A stretch of 62,741 nucleotides of DNA, filler included, from 3 parts of 3 records of this genome joined end to end with filler, not necessarily neighbours in it; one strand, 5' to 3'. Positions 1-10,627 are shown, numbered from the whole stretch's first letter. Numbers and translations are program-made. The notes: generated by a model not told the origin, from the letters alone.

Positions 1-1
1 C

Positions 2-157
2 GACTTCAACCACAACCCGAACAGCTCCACATTCGATAGCAGTCAAACCAAGGTAATCGACGGCAAGTTCGTCCGTATCCTGACCTGGTACGACAACGAG
101 TGGGGCTTCTCCAACCGCATGTCTGACACAGCGGTTGCGATGGCCAAGTTGGGTTAA
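2..157 (+). CDS. gap: Glyceraldehyde-3-phosphate dehydrogenase, 3' fragment
   Basis: Manual translation [12 protein letters not shown]...[17 protein letters not shown] gives the GAPDH C-terminal WYDNE motif; lies upstream of pgk. Confidence 0.95.
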   Translation, partial: DFNHNPNSSTFDSSQTKVIDGKFVRILTWYDNEWGFSNRMSDTAVAMAKLG

Positions 158-181
158 GGCTCTGGTGAGCTAATCAAATAC

Positions 182-209
182 AGGGCGGCCTTTTCGGTCG
201 CCCTTTTTT
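182..209 (+). terminator. Intrinsic terminator after gap
   Basis: AGGGCGGCC-ttttc-GGTCGCCCT stem followed by a T-tract. Confidence 0.75.
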
Positions 210-240
210 GTCTTTAAATGAATTTTTCGGAGTTATGACA

Positions 241-1404
241 ATGGCTTTCAAGCGCATTTCCGACCTTGGTGACCTGACCGGCAAAATCGCAGTGGTTCGG
301 GTTGATCTCAATGTCCCGATGGCTGACGGCAAGGTGACCGACGATACACGGTTGCAGGCTGTGAAGCCTACCGTTGATGCTGTGGCAAAGCAAGGCGGGC
401 GTTCGGTTCTGCTTGCTCACTTCGGCAGACCCAAGGGGCAGGAAGTGCCTGAAATGTCGCTGAAGCCAGTTGTGCCCGCTTTGGCTAAAGTTCTTGGTCG
501 CAAGGTTGGCTTTGCCGAGCTTTGCGGCGGGCTGCCGGATGATGACGTTGTGGTCATCGAGAACACCCGCTTCCATGACGGTGAAGAGAAAAACGACCCC
601 GGGCTGGCTGTGAGATTTGCCGCCCTTGGCGATGTTTATATCAATGATGCATTTTCTGCTGCGCACCGCGCACACGCGTCTACTGAAGCGATTGCTCACC
701 TGCTGCCTTCAGCGGCGGGCGAGACGATGGGGGCTGAGCTGGAAGCGCTGGAGAAAGCCCTGGGTGACCCAGAACGGCCTGTTGTCGCAGTTGTTGGCGG
801 TGCGAAGGTGTCATCCAAGCTGGCAGTGCTTGAGAACCTTGTTGCCAAGGTTGATCACCTGATCATTGGCGGCGGCATGGCCAACACGTTCTTGTTCGCG
901 CAAGGGCACGATATTGGCTCAAGCCTATGCGAGAAGGATCTGAAAGACACCGCGCTCAAGATTATCGATAACGCCAAGGCGGCGGGCTGCAAGGTACATT
1001 TGCCAACGGATGTTGTGGTGGCGCGTGAGTTCAAGGCCCATGCCGCGAGTGAGGTTAAAGCGGCTGACGCAGTGGTTGACGGTGAGATGATCCTTGACGC
1101 TGGCCCCGCGACAGTTGAGATGCTGAAGGGCGTGCTGGCGGAATGCAAAACGCTAGTCTGGAACGGCCCGATGGGCGCGTTCGAGATGGAACCGTTTGAT
1201 ATGGCCACGGTTGCCCTTGCCAAGGCCGCTGGCAAGCTTACCGACGAAGGTAAACTGCTAAGCGTTGCCGGTGGCGGTGACACCGTGGCTGCCCTCGCAC
1301 ATGCTGGTGTGAAAGACAGTTTCACTCATATCTCCACAGCGGGTGGTGCTTTCCTTGAGTGGATGGAAGGCAAGCCTCTACCGGGTGTTGAAGCGCTTGG
1401 TTAA
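241..1404 (+). CDS. pgk: Phosphoglycerate kinase
   Basis: [26 protein letters not shown] and STAGGAFLE motifs; start set at ATG 241 by the GGAG RBS at 229-232. Confidence 0.97.
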   Translation: MAFKRISDLGDLTGKIAVVRVDLNVPMADGKVTDDTRLQAVKPTVDAVAKQGGRSVLLAHFGRPKGQEVPEMSLKPVVPALAKVLGRKVGFAELCGGLPDDDVVVIENTRFHDGEEKNDPGLAVRFAALGDVYINDAFSAAHRAHASTEAIAHLLPSAAGETMGAELEALEKALGDPERPVVAVVGGAKVSSKLAVLENLVAKVDHLIIGGGMANTFLFAQGHDIGSSLCEKDLKDTALKIIDNAKAAGCKVHLPTDVVVAREFKAHAASEVKAADAVVDGEMILDAGPATVEMLKGVLAECKTLVWNGPMGAFEMEPFDMATVALAKAAGKLTDEGKLLSVAGGGDTVAALAHAGVKDSFTHISTAGGAFLEWMEGKPLPGVEALG

Positions 1405-1430
1405 TATTCTACGAGGTTGCGAATCACCAG

Positions 1431-1461
1431 AGCCTCCGATGGTTTCATCGGGGGCTTTTTT
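1431..1461 (+). terminator. Intrinsic terminator after pgk
   Basis: AGCCTCCGATG/CATCGGGGGCT stem plus T-tract. Confidence 0.75.
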
Positions 1462-1680
1462 GTACCCCGAGTCGGCGCGGGTGATTTGACTGTGAAATTG
1501 ACAGCGCTGCCAATTCAGGCTGATGGGCAAGATTGTGTTAAATACCGATGAAACTGGACTTTTTCGGCCGTTCGCGCGTTGCGGCAAGAGGTGCATTTGT
1601 GTATCAAGGGGCCACCGATTTCGCAAACGCAACAAAAAGAAGATCGGGCCCCAATAAGCTGGAATATACAGGGAAATACC

Positions 1681-2745
1681 ATGAAACCAGGTGTCGTATT
1701 TGGCGAAGAGTATGCTGCTCTTGTCCAGAACTGTAAGGATCAGGGTTACGCGCTGCCCGCGGTTAATGTGGTGGGAACAAACTCCATCAATGCCGTAATG
1801 GAATCAGCCGCAAAAAATCGCTCTGACGTCATCATCCAATTCTCAAACAGCGGCGCACAATTTTATGCAGGCAAGGGCATGAAGGATAGCTTCGGTGCCA
1901 AAGTGCTGGGTGCTGTATCTGCCGCCCGCCATGTGCAACTGCTTGCCGAGCATTACGGAATTTGCGTCATTCTGCACACAGACCACGCGAACCGCGGCCT
2001 TGTGCCATGGGTTGAGGCGCTGGTTGACGAGAGCCGTAAAAACATAAAGCGCGAAGGTATGCCGCTTTATACCTCGCACATGCTGGATCTTTCTGAAGAG
2101 CCGATTGACGACAATCTGGAAACATGTGCTCGCGTGCTGAAAGACATGACGCCCCTAGGCATGAGCCTTGAGATTGAACTGGGTGTCACCGGCGGCGAAG
2201 AAGATGGTGTTGGATCGGACGTGGATGACGATTTTGAAAACCCAAGCCTCTATACCCAGCCGGAAGATGTGCTTAAAGCATATGACCTGCTCACACCGCT
2301 TGGTCATTTCTCTGTCGCGGCATCATTCGGCAACGTTCACGGCGTCTATAAGCCCGGTAACGTCAAGCTGCGTCCTGAAATTCTCAAGAACAGCCAGTCG
2401 CTTGTTATGGCTGAGCGCGGGACGGCGATGAACCCGCTCAACTTCGTGTTCCACGGCGGTTCGGGCTCGGAAAAAGAGAAAATTACCGAAGCTGTGGGTT
2501 ATGGCGTGTTCAAAATGAATATCGACACGGACACGCAGTTTGCTTTCTCAAAAGCGGTTGGCGGCTATGTTGAAGGCAACGCTGACGCTTTCAAATGGCA
2601 GGTACACCCTGAAACGGGCACGCCCTTCAAGAAGCAATATGACCCTCGTGTCTGGCTCCGCAAATGCGAAGAATCGATGGCGGCACGCCTTGATGAGGCC
2701 TTTAAGGACCTCGGCGCGCAAGGGAAGTCGATGGCAGACGTGTAA
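1681..2745 (+). CDS. fbaA: Class II fructose-bisphosphate aldolase (E. coli FbaA subtype)
   Basis: HTDH, GNVHGVY, FHGGSG, NIDTDTQ and YDPRVWLR motifs; start at ATG 1681. Confidence 0.93.
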   Translation: MKPGVVFGEEYAALVQNCKDQGYALPAVNVVGTNSINAVMESAAKNRSDVIIQFSNSGAQFYAGKGMKDSFGAKVLGAVSAARHVQLLAEHYGICVILHTDHANRGLVPWVEALVDESRKNIKREGMPLYTSHMLDLSEEPIDDNLETCARVLKDMTPLGMSLEIELGVTGGEEDGVGSDVDDDFENPSLYTQPEDVLKAYDLLTPLGHFSVAASFGNVHGVYKPGNVKLRPEILKNSQSLVMAERGTAMNPLNFVFHGGSGSEKEKITEAVGYGVFKMNIDTDTQFAFSKAVGGYVEGNADAFKWQVHPETGTPFKKQYDPRVWLRKCEESMAARLDEAFKDLGAQGKSMADV

Positions 2746-2772
2746 TCGGTCATCAGGTCACCAAATTTACAG

Positions 2773-2802
2773 ACGGGGCGGCGTTGTTGCTGCCCCGTTT
2801 TT
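2773..2802 (+). terminator. Intrinsic terminator after fbaA
   Basis: ACGGGGCGGCG/TGCTGCCCCGT stem plus T-tract. Confidence 0.7.
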
Positions 2803-2899
2803 CGTTCAGGCATGCTTTTTTGCATGGTATTACTTCCCGCATACCTAAAAATCAGGCATATGCGGGGACGCACAGCTTACTGAAGATGAGGAGCATACG

Positions 2900-3544
2900 A
2901 TGTCGCAAAACCCGGAGGCCTGTCGGCTCTACCTAATCACGCCTGACGAAATTTCAGATTTGGACCGTTTTGCCGCCCTTCTTGATGAAACGCTGGCGGC
3001 GGGGGATGTGGCGTGTCTGCAACTGCGCCTTAAAGGTGCTTCCGATGATGAGATTGTTGCAGCCGCTGAGAAGCTGATGCCTATCTGTCACAAATACGAT
3101 GTGGCGTTTTTTCTCAATGACCGTGCGGATCTGGCGGCGCAAGTGGATGCGGATGGTGTTCATCTGGGTCAGGATGATGGCGATGTGCCAAGCGCGCGCA
3201 CGCTTCTGGGGCATAGTAAAGACATTGGCGTAACCTGCCATGACAGCATGCACCTTGCCTATAAAGCGGGTGATGAAGGCGCTAACTACGTCGCGTTCGG
3301 TGCCTTTTTCTCGACAGATACCAAAACGACTGAATACCAGCCTGAGCTGGATATCCTGACAGTATGGGATGAAGTGACAGAGCTGCCCTGCGTGGCCATT
3401 GGCGGCATAACGCCTGAGAACTGCGGTGAACTAGCCGAGGCTGGTGCGCATTTCGTGGCGGTATGCTCGGGCGTCTGGAACCATCCGGAAGGCCCTGCCG
3501 CTGCGGTGCTAGCTTTCAATGAGGCGCTTGGCTTAAACGGTTAG
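2900..3544 (+). CDS. thiE: Thiamine-phosphate synthase
   Basis: LYLITP, LQLRLK, NDRADLA, GVHLGQDD and AIGGI motifs. Confidence 0.93.
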   Translation: MSQNPEACRLYLITPDEISDLDRFAALLDETLAAGDVACLQLRLKGASDDEIVAAAEKLMPICHKYDVAFFLNDRADLAAQVDADGVHLGQDDGDVPSARTLLGHSKDIGVTCHDSMHLAYKAGDEGANYVAFGAFFSTDTKTTEYQPELDILTVWDEVTELPCVAIGGITPENCGELAEAGAHFVAVCSGVWNHPEGPAAAVLAFNEALGLNG

Positions 3545-3563
3545 ACACAAAAGAATCTTGTAG

Positions 3564-3589
3564 AAAGGGCGGTCAACGACCGCCCTTTT
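3564..3589. terminator. Bidirectional terminator between thiE and the DoxX gene
   Basis: AAAGGGCGGTC-aac-GACCGCCCTTT between convergent genes. Confidence 0.75.
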
Positions 3590-3599
3590 GTGTTTTCAT

Positions 3600-4073
3600 T
3601 TAGTATTTTATGCCGAATTTCTGGTCCAGGCTGTAGCGCCCGCCGCCCTTCAGCGCGAAAGAAAAGCCTACAATCGCCCAGAGGATTGGGTATTCCCAGC
3701 CGCCGTCTGTCCAGAAGAAACCGGTGCCAAAGTGGAAGGTTGATGCAACCGCCAACATCACCGTGATGGCAATAGCGGAAGAGCGGGTGAACAGTCCGAG
3801 GGCCAGCAGAAGCCCACCGAAAAATTCGACTGAACCTGCACCGAGTGCGGCAAGGTATCCGTTTGAGAAGCCAAGCTGACCCGCAAAAAACTGGCCTGTT
3901 GCCTCAAGTCCGTATCCGCCAAACCACCCAAACAGTTTTTGAGCGCCGTGAGGCATCAGAAATAGCCCCCCTGCGACACGGGTGAGCGTGGTGCCGATAT
4001 CAGAATATCCGCCGAGAATGCCCTCAAGGGTCGGTAGGCCGAAGGGACCTTGAGCTGTTGTTTGTGTCGTCAT
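3600..4073 (-). CDS. DoxX family membrane protein
   Basis: HGAQKLFGWFGG, EFFGGLLLALGLFTR, GGWEYP and GGGRYSLD motifs. Confidence 0.9.
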   Translation of the reverse strand: MTTQTTAQGPFGLPTLEGILGGYSDIGTTLTRVAGGLFLMPHGAQKLFGWFGGYGLEATGQFFAGQLGFSNGYLAALGAGSVEFFGGLLLALGLFTRSSAIAITVMLAVASTFHFGTGFFWTDGGWEYPILWAIVGFSFALKGGGRYSLDQKFGIKY

Positions 4074-4303
4074 TTCAAATCTCCGAATTGCATATATGTC
4101 GCTTATGTTGTTGGCCCGCGTGGCCTTTGATTATTGCGTTCTCAACAAGGTAGGGTTTCGCACTTCGGGTGAAAATCTCTTTGAATTGAACGTAGCGTTC
4201 GCAAATGCGCAACGCGAACAAGCCATAGCCTTCGCATCAATGTGATTTGCGGGTCAGGGGTCGGGCGTGCCACGGTCCGCACGGCATGAAGGAGGGAAGG
4301 CTC

Positions 4304-4708
4304 ATGTTATCACGCACTGCATCCTGCACCTGCGGGCAACTATCAATCACCGTGGAAGGGGAACCGGGCGGTGTTGGGCTGTGTCATTGCCTCGCTTGCC
4401 AGACGCGAACGGGCAGTGCCTTTGCCTATCTGGCCGGTTTTCGCGGGTCTTATACTGTTACGGGCAGGGCGACGGAATATGTGCGCACGGGGGATGCTGG
4501 TGCTTCATTTTGTTTCCGTTTTTGCCCTGTCTGTGGCAGCACGATCTATCATACGGAAGAAGGTGTTGAGGGTGGTGTAAGTATTGCCGTTGGTGCTTTT
4601 GCGGACCCTGATTTCCCGCCGCCCCAAGACTCGGTTTATGATTGTCGCAGGCATGGCTGGGTAGTCATGCCGGAGGGCGTTAGGGTCTTTGACTTGGACC
4701 CGGAATAG
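4304..4708 (+). CDS. GFA family (glutathione-dependent formaldehyde-activating) Zn protein
   Basis: CxCG, CHCxxCQ and FCPVCGS motifs; GGAGGG RBS before ATG 4304. Confidence 0.88.
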   Translation: MLSRTASCTCGQLSITVEGEPGGVGLCHCLACQTRTGSAFAYLAGFRGSYTVTGRATEYVRTGDAGASFCFRFCPVCGSTIYHTEEGVEGGVSIAVGAFADPDFPPPQDSVYDCRRHGWVVMPEGVRVFDLDPE

Positions 4709-4832
4709 GCCGAGCCATGCGCGGTTCGCACGGCTGCTCCACCACATGTCACCCATTGCATACTACGGTCGAATCTGATACATCGCGGCCCAACTTGTTC
4801 TTTGACACTTATGAGATATTAAGGGGTGCTCC

Positions 4833-5396
4833 ATGAAAATCGACGGTAACGCCGTTCGTCCGGGTAATGTGATTGAGCATAAAGGTGGCCTGTGGCGCGC
4901 AGTTAAAATTGCCCACACCCAGCCTGGTAAAGGTGGCGCATATTTGCAGGTTGAATTGAAAAACCTCGTAGACGGCACCAAGCTGAATGAACGTTTTCGT
5001 TCCAGCGAAAAAGTTGAACGCGTGACCCTTGAGCAGAAGGATTATCAATTCCTTTATGTTGAAGGTAACATGTATAACTTCATGGATCAGACTACTTACG
5101 AACAGATCGCTATCTCCGATGAAGATATCGGCGAAGACAGTGTCTTTCTCCAAGACGGTATGACCGTTGTAATCGAGCTTCACGGCGAAAAGCCGTTGGG
5201 CGTGAGATTGCCTGAAAAAGTAACGCTTGAAGTGACCGAGACCGAACCTGTTGTAAAAGGTCAGACAGCTTCAAGTTCCTACAAGCCTGCTATTCTCGAA
5301 AATGGTCTGCGCGTTGGTGTTCCGCCTTTTGTTAGTGCGGGCGACCGGATCGTTGTTTCTACCGCAGAGCGTGAGTATGTGAGCCGCGCAGACTAA
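4833..5396 (+). CDS. efp: Elongation factor P (Lys-type PGKG loop)
   Basis: QPGKGGA loop and [13 protein letters not shown] motif. Confidence 0.97.
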   Translation: MKIDGNAVRPGNVIEHKGGLWRAVKIAHTQPGKGGAYLQVELKNLVDGTKLNERFRSSEKVERVTLEQKDYQFLYVEGNMYNFMDQTTYEQIAISDEDIGEDSVFLQDGMTVVIELHGEKPLGVRLPEKVTLEVTETEPVVKGQTASSSYKPAILENGLRVGVPPFVSAGDRIVVSTAEREYVSRAD

Positions 5397-5454
5397 GGTC
5401 TGCACGTATCCTTTTTGTTTTGAGTATAACCCGAGAATAGATCGGAGATTTCTA

Positions 5455-6264
5455 ATGGCCCGTCGTTCACCTCTAATGAATGTCATGGTTGCTGCCGTCC
5501 TTAAAGCGAGCCGCAACCTGCGCCGTGATTTTGGTGAAGTGGAGCAGCTTCAGGTTTCCAAAAAAGGCCCTGCTGACTTTGTCTCGCAAGCAGACAAGCG
5601 CGCTGAGAAAATCCTGTTTGAAGAACTTCACCGTGCACGACCCGACTTTGGTTTCCTGTTGGAAGAAAGCGGCGAGGTGAAAGGCAAGCGTGATGATGTT
5701 CGTTTTATTATCGACCCGCTTGATGGCACCACGAACTTCCTTCATGGGCTGCCGCACTTTGCGATTTCGGTCGCGGTTGAAGAGCGTGGCGAACTGACTG
5801 CGGGTGTTGTGTACGCACCACTGACAGACGAGCTGTTCTGGGCCGAGAAGGGGCAGGGCGCTTACCTTAATGAAGCACGCCTTCGTGTTTCTGGCCGCAA
5901 CAAGATGGAAAACGCGCTTCTTGCCACAGGTATCCCGTTCAAGGGCCGTGGCGATCACGAGACCTTCATGGCTGAAATGGCAGAGTTTATGCCCAATGTT
6001 GCAGGCATCCGCCGCTTTGGCTCTGCAGCCCTTGACCTCGCCTATGTGGCGGCTGGTCGGTATGACGGTTTCTGGGAAGCTGGGCTGTCGACCTGGGATA
6101 TCGCCGCGGGTATCCTGCTCGTGAAAGAGGCTGGCGGTTATGTGAGTGACTACAAGGGCTCAGCCGACATGCTTAAATCCGGCGACATTATTGCGGCGAA
6201 CGACCAGCTTCATGCCCCCATGCAGCGTGTGATCAAACGTGTGCATCGCCAAATGGAGGGTTAA
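5455..6264 (+). CDS. suhB: Inositol monophosphatase family protein SuhB
   Basis: IIDPLDGTTNF, GSAALDLAYVA and WDIAAG motifs. Confidence 0.93.
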   Translation: MARRSPLMNVMVAAVLKASRNLRRDFGEVEQLQVSKKGPADFVSQADKRAEKILFEELHRARPDFGFLLEESGEVKGKRDDVRFIIDPLDGTTNFLHGLPHFAISVAVEERGELTAGVVYAPLTDELFWAEKGQGAYLNEARLRVSGRNKMENALLATGIPFKGRGDHETFMAEMAEFMPNVAGIRRFGSAALDLAYVAAGRYDGFWEAGLSTWDIAAGILLVKEAGGYVSDYKGSADMLKSGDIIAANDQLHAPMQRVIKRVHRQMEG

Positions 6265-6286
6265 TATCCAAACATTAATGTGTATC

Positions 6287-6313
6287 AAAGGCCGCCTTTC
6301 GAGGCGGCCTTTT
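6287..6313 (+). terminator. Intrinsic terminator after suhB
   Basis: AAAGGCCGCCT-ttcg-AGGCGGCCTTT hairpin. Confidence 0.8.
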
Positions 6314-6483
6314 CCGTTGTGCGGTGTCAATTTCTTGTAATTTATAGATGAATAGCATTGGATAGGGGTTCACATTGGTTTACTTCATTTTTGAATAGCT
6401 GGCATACGCGTGTGTGCCTTTGAAAAACCTTGAGAAACGCGGCGCGGGGCCTATTGTTACCCCTGCAGCGAGGAGGACATATC

Positions 6484-7182
6484 TTGAGAGACGAGATTAC
6501 CATTATTGGTACCCCAATTTCCCCATATGTCCGTAAGGTTCTGGCGATTCTGGACATAAAAGGTGTGCCCTTCCGCTGCATCCCCCTTGTGCCCTTTCGG
6601 GCAGAAGAAGACTTTTCCGAAATCAGCCCTTTAAGGCGCATCCCAGTGATGAGGGTTGGTGATTTTACTATCCCAGACTCGAGTGTGATCGCGCAGTATC
6701 TTGAAGAGCGTTTCCCGGAGACAAGGGTTTATCCGGAAAATCTGGAGGCGCGGGCTCGCTCGCGTTGGTTCGAGGAATATGCTGATGATCATTTCGGTCG
6801 CAACATCATCTTTAATCTCTTTTTCCAGAAGCGCGTGAAACCAGCGGTCCTCAAACAGGAACCGGACCAGGCGCTGATCGATAGTGCGCTCAACGACCAT
6901 TTCCCCAAGGCGCTGGATTATCTTGAACGGGAAGTCCCGGATGAGGGTTTCCTGTGTGGCGACGTTAGCGTAGCTGATTTGATGATTGGTGCGATGGTCC
7001 GAAATGCGGTGTGGGCTGACTGGAGGCTAGATGAAGCGAAATGGCCAAGGTTTGCAGCTTATCTGAGCCGTGTAAACGCCATACCGTCGCTTGCGAAAAT
7101 GAATGCATTGGCTGATGAAATGTTACTTGCGCATCCAAAACAGCACCAAGAGATTATGGCTAAGCATTTGCAGGCTGCGTAA
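6484..7182 (+). CDS. Glutathione S-transferase family protein
   Basis: SPYVRKV, PLRRIPVM and DSSVIAQYLE motifs; TTG start after GGAGGA. Confidence 0.88.
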   Translation: MRDEITIIGTPISPYVRKVLAILDIKGVPFRCIPLVPFRAEEDFSEISPLRRIPVMRVGDFTIPDSSVIAQYLEERFPETRVYPENLEARARSRWFEEYADDHFGRNIIFNLFFQKRVKPAVLKQEPDQALIDSALNDHFPKALDYLEREVPDEGFLCGDVSVADLMIGAMVRNAVWADWRLDEAKWPRFAAYLSRVNAIPSLAKMNALADEMLLAHPKQHQEIMAKHLQAA

Positions 7183-7307
7183 AGAGCCCGGTTCTCCGCC
7201 ATATTTTATCACCCCGTAAATCGCCATTTACAGTCATAAAATTGCCCTTAAACTATAGCCAAGTATTTGGAGTAGTTTGAATTCCACCGTGGGGAAGCGA
7301 GGGCACG

Positions 7308-8531
7308 ATGCAAAAGCCGAGAAAGTTTATCATTCGCATGACACTGTTCCTTGCAGCAGTGGTTGTGCTCGTGGCGCTTCTCAAGGATGCGATGATCGAC
7401 GCCTTCATGGCGAATGTTGCGCTGAACGGTGTGATTGTGGCGACACTTCTGATCGGGACTGTATTCGCCTATCGCAGGGTGTTTGACCTTTCCCCCGAGG
7501 TGGAATGGATCGCAGCGTTCAAGCGACACGAGAGCGCGTCGGCAAGCGTTACACCGAAGCTGATGGCACCTGCCGCTGCCCTATTGTCCGCGCAGGAAGA
7601 AGGTGGCATGCGATTGTCCACGCTTTCCATGCGCTCAGTGCTGGACGGCATTATCTCCCGCCTTGAAGAAAGCCGCGAGATCAGCCGATATTTCACCGGA
7701 CTTCTGATCTTCCTCGGGCTTTTGGGTACGTTCTGGGGCCTCTTGGGCACTATTGGTGCTATTGGCAAAACCATTAACGGGCTGACCGTGGACGGGGGTG
7801 ACATGGCGCTGATGTTTGACGAGTTGAAAGCAGGCCTTGAAGCACCACTTGCCGGTATGGGCACCGCATTTTCAAGCTCGCTCTTTGGTCTCGCCGGTAG
7901 CCTTATCCTCGGTTTCTTGGATCTGCAGGCCAGTCAGGCGCAAACCCGGTTTTATAATAACGTTGAGGATTGGCTTGCGTCTGTCACACATCTGTCGCGC
8001 TCTGAACTCTCTGAAGGCATGGCGAGCCCCAACGCTTACATGACAGCCTTGATGGAGCAGACAGCAGATGGCATAGACCGCCTGCAGCGTACACTCAAAA
8101 GCTCGGAAGACAGCCGCAGCCAAGCACAGCATACTATGACCTCTATTGCCGAATCGCTTGCCATGCTCGCCGATAAAATGGATGCACAAAGTGCCCATAT
8201 AGCAAAGGGTGACGAAGCATCAAAAGCGCTGGCGTCAGCCATTGAAAAGCTGGCCACTGCTCACCGGGCACCGGAAGCGCCTGTGGTATCGCCCGCGATG
8301 GATGAAGCCACCAAAGGCCATATTCGCAACCTGGATGTGGGTATCAAGCGGCTTATTGATGAGCAGGAACGCAATTCTGATAATATGATTGAAGCCTTGC
8401 GGGCTGAACTCAAACTGCTTTCCCGCACCATTGCCGCAGGCATGGACGGTAATGCGGCCCCTGCCAAGATGCCGTCTCGTCCCACGGGCCTGAGCGCGCG
8501 GCGTGATGATGACGGAACACCAGACGCATGA
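7308..8531 (+). CDS. MotA/TolQ/ExbB-like ion-channel subunit with a long cytoplasmic helical tail
   Basis: LGLLGTFWGL and GMGTAFSSSLFG motifs; coiled-coil C-terminus; ATGA overlap with the next gene. Confidence 0.85.
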   Translation: MQKPRKFIIRMTLFLAAVVVLVALLKDAMIDAFMANVALNGVIVATLLIGTVFAYRRVFDLSPEVEWIAAFKRHESASASVTPKLMAPAAALLSAQEEGGMRLSTLSMRSVLDGIISRLEESREISRYFTGLLIFLGLLGTFWGLLGTIGAIGKTINGLTVDGGDMALMFDELKAGLEAPLAGMGTAFSSSLFGLAGSLILGFLDLQASQAQTRFYNNVEDWLASVTHLSRSELSEGMASPNAYMTALMEQTADGIDRLQRTLKSSEDSRSQAQHTMTSIAESLAMLADKMDAQSAHIAKGDEASKALASAIEKLATAHRAPEAPVVSPAMDEATKGHIRNLDVGIKRLIDEQERNSDNMIEALRAELKLLSRTIAAGMDGNAAPAKMPSRPTGLSARRDDDGTPDA

Positions 8532-9622
8532 TCGGCGCGCGGCGACGCATAGGCGGGGCGGGGCCTGATAACAGCTGGCCGGGCTTTGTGGACGCTTTGT
8601 CCACGCTCCTGCTGGTTATCATCTTTCTCCTGTCCATGTTTGTGCTGGCTCAGTTCTTTCTAGGCCAAGCCTTGTCCGGGCGTGATCAGGCGCTTGCGGA
8701 GCTCAGGGGGCAGGTGGCCCAGCTCGGTAATCTTTTGAAGATGGAGCAGCAGGCCAACTCAGCGCTTCGGGAAAGCATGGCTGAGCTATCGGCCTCGCTT
8801 ACCTCCGCCAATAAAGACCGGGATAGTCTGTCTGCGTCCCTCGACAGCACCCGTGCGAGCCTGAGCGAAAGCGAAGCCAGGCTTGCAGAGATGACGGAGG
8901 CTCGGGAGCGCTTCGAGGCTGAAGCCAACCGCCTTCAGGAACAATACGCGTTATCGTCCGGTGAGCTTACCGAGGAGCGCGAAATATCCATGCGCGCCAG
9001 AGCGGAAGTCGCACGCCTGCAGCGGAATATCACCGCGCTTCAGGAACAGCTTGGTCGGCTGGAAGCAGCCCTTCAGGCGAGTGAGGAACGAGACCGGCGC
9101 AACCAAGCCGTGATCGTGGATATGGGACGCAGGCTGAACCGCGCACTCGCGAGCAAGGTGGAAGAGCTTGCGGGCTACCGGTCAGAATTTTTTGGCCGCC
9201 TCAAGGAAGTTTTATCCTCCCGTCCTGAAATCAGAATAGAGGGTGACCGTTTCGTCTTTGCAAGCGAGCTCTTGTTTGGCTCAGGTAGTGCAGAGCTTGG
9301 CCCTGAAGGCCGCGCGGAAATGCGAAAATTCGCGGAGACTCTCCTCACCATTTCACGAGAAATACCAGCTGAATTGAGCTGGATTTTGCGTGTTGACGGC
9401 CACACAGATGTACGGCCGATCTCAAACGCACAGTTCCGCAATAACTGGGACTTGTCAGCAGCCCGCGCCATCAGCGTCGTGGAGTTCTTGATCTCTGCTG
9501 GCGTGCCGGCGGAACGTTTGGCGGCTACCGGGTTTGGTGAATTTCAACCCATCGATCCAGCCGAGAATATCTTCGCCTACAGCCGGAACCGACGCATTGA
9601 GATGCGTTTGACGCAGCGTTAA
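8528..9622 (+). CDS. MotB-like protein: TM with conserved Asp, coiled coil, OmpA peptidoglycan-binding domain
   Basis: WPGFVDALSTLL TM, VDGHTD, NWDLSAARA and NRRIE motifs. Confidence 0.88.
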   Translation: MIGARRRIGGAGPDNSWPGFVDALSTLLLVIIFLLSMFVLAQFFLGQALSGRDQALAELRGQVAQLGNLLKMEQQANSALRESMAELSASLTSANKDRDSLSASLDSTRASLSESEARLAEMTEARERFEAEANRLQEQYALSSGELTEEREISMRARAEVARLQRNITALQEQLGRLEAALQASEERDRRNQAVIVDMGRRLNRALASKVEELAGYRSEFFGRLKEVLSSRPEIRIEGDRFVFASELLFGSGSAELGPEGRAEMRKFAETLLTISREIPAELSWILRVDGHTDVRPISNAQFRNNWDLSAARAISVVEFLISAGVPAERLAATGFGEFQPIDPAENIFAYSRNRRIEMRLTQR

Positions 9623-9628
9623 GCGTAG

Positions 9629-10447
9629 TCAGTCGCAGGTGGTTTGTTCATTGAAGCAAGGAGCCAGCTCGGTCGTTACCTTTGCCTGAAGCTGGGCCAT
9701 TAAACCTTTGTTGCCTCTGACGTTAGCGATGGCTTGCCAGATGCGGTTGACTGAGGTGTTGTCAAGCTCAACGTTTCTGCCAAAGGCCAGGAAGTGAGGG
9801 GTGGACCATAGAGCGGGTTCATGGATGACAAGAGGTTGCTCGCTTCTTGATACATAATGTATTGCTGCTCCTCTAAGAGCCACGACAGAGGCGATACGCC
9901 TTCGCTCCAGCATCTGAAACAGGCTGCTTTGTTTGGCAACAATTTGCGCCTGCTTGCCAGCCTCGGCGATTGTGCCTGCAGATCGGTAACCTAGCAGAAC
10001 CCCCACCGGCTCAGGAAGCGTTGCGACTGAAATGCTGACGGGCGCGGGTGTGTCTGCGTGGGTGATCACGACAAATTCAACATCGCTGAGTGCCTGCTTT
10101 GGTACCAGGGGCGTGATTGCGTCACCTTCCCCCTCATGAGACGGAAACCGAAAAAGAGCACCACGTTCTTCCGTATAGGAAATGCCGACAATGCCGTCGA
10201 GTTCACCTGCTGCCACTCTGTCCTGGCATCGTTTCCACGGCAGCAGGATCAGTTCATAGTCGAGCCCGATGTCAGCAAAGGCAGCATCGAGTATTTGGGT
10301 GTGAATGCCCCGCATCACATCATTTTTCATGAAACTATAGGGTGGCCAGAACTCAGTGCTGTTACAGAGCCGAACAGGGGTCGCGAAGGAGGGGGCTGAG
10401 GTGAAAATTGCCAGCAAGCTCGCCAGGAAAAGCTTTTTATAGTTCAA
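9629..10447 (-). CDS. Periplasmic substrate-binding protein (family 3-like), orphan
   Basis: Signal peptide, WPPYS, LPWKRC and TEERG..F.F motifs; TTG start after AGGAG. Confidence 0.75.
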   Translation of the reverse strand: MNYKKLFLASLLAIFTSAPSFATPVRLCNSTEFWPPYSFMKNDVMRGIHTQILDAAFADIGLDYELILLPWKRCQDRVAAGELDGIVGISYTEERGALFRFPSHEGEGDAITPLVPKQALSDVEFVVITHADTPAPVSISVATLPEPVGVLLGYRSAGTIAEAGKQAQIVAKQSSLFQMLERRRIASVVALRGAAIHYVSRSEQPLVIHEPALWSTPHFLAFGRNVELDNTSVNRIWQAIANVRGNKGLMAQLQAKVTTELAPCFNEQTTCD

Positions 10448-10627
10448 CCGCTTGGCTCCTTTACCGGTTCGCTTGCCTAATTCGTGGCTCATTTGAGTGC
10501 ATGATGACACCAGCTTGTCCAAGGTGATCGATACAGCATCTGTTTTTGTTTATACAGGGTATAGTTGCGATTTCCTTAAGGCGGAGCAAAGATATAGTCG
10601 CCGTAGGGGCGAAGCGGGGAGAAAAAC

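Noticed and set aside
7308-9622. Complete Zorya defence system
   Set aside because: No zorC/D/E-like helicase or nuclease nearby, and the context is housekeeping
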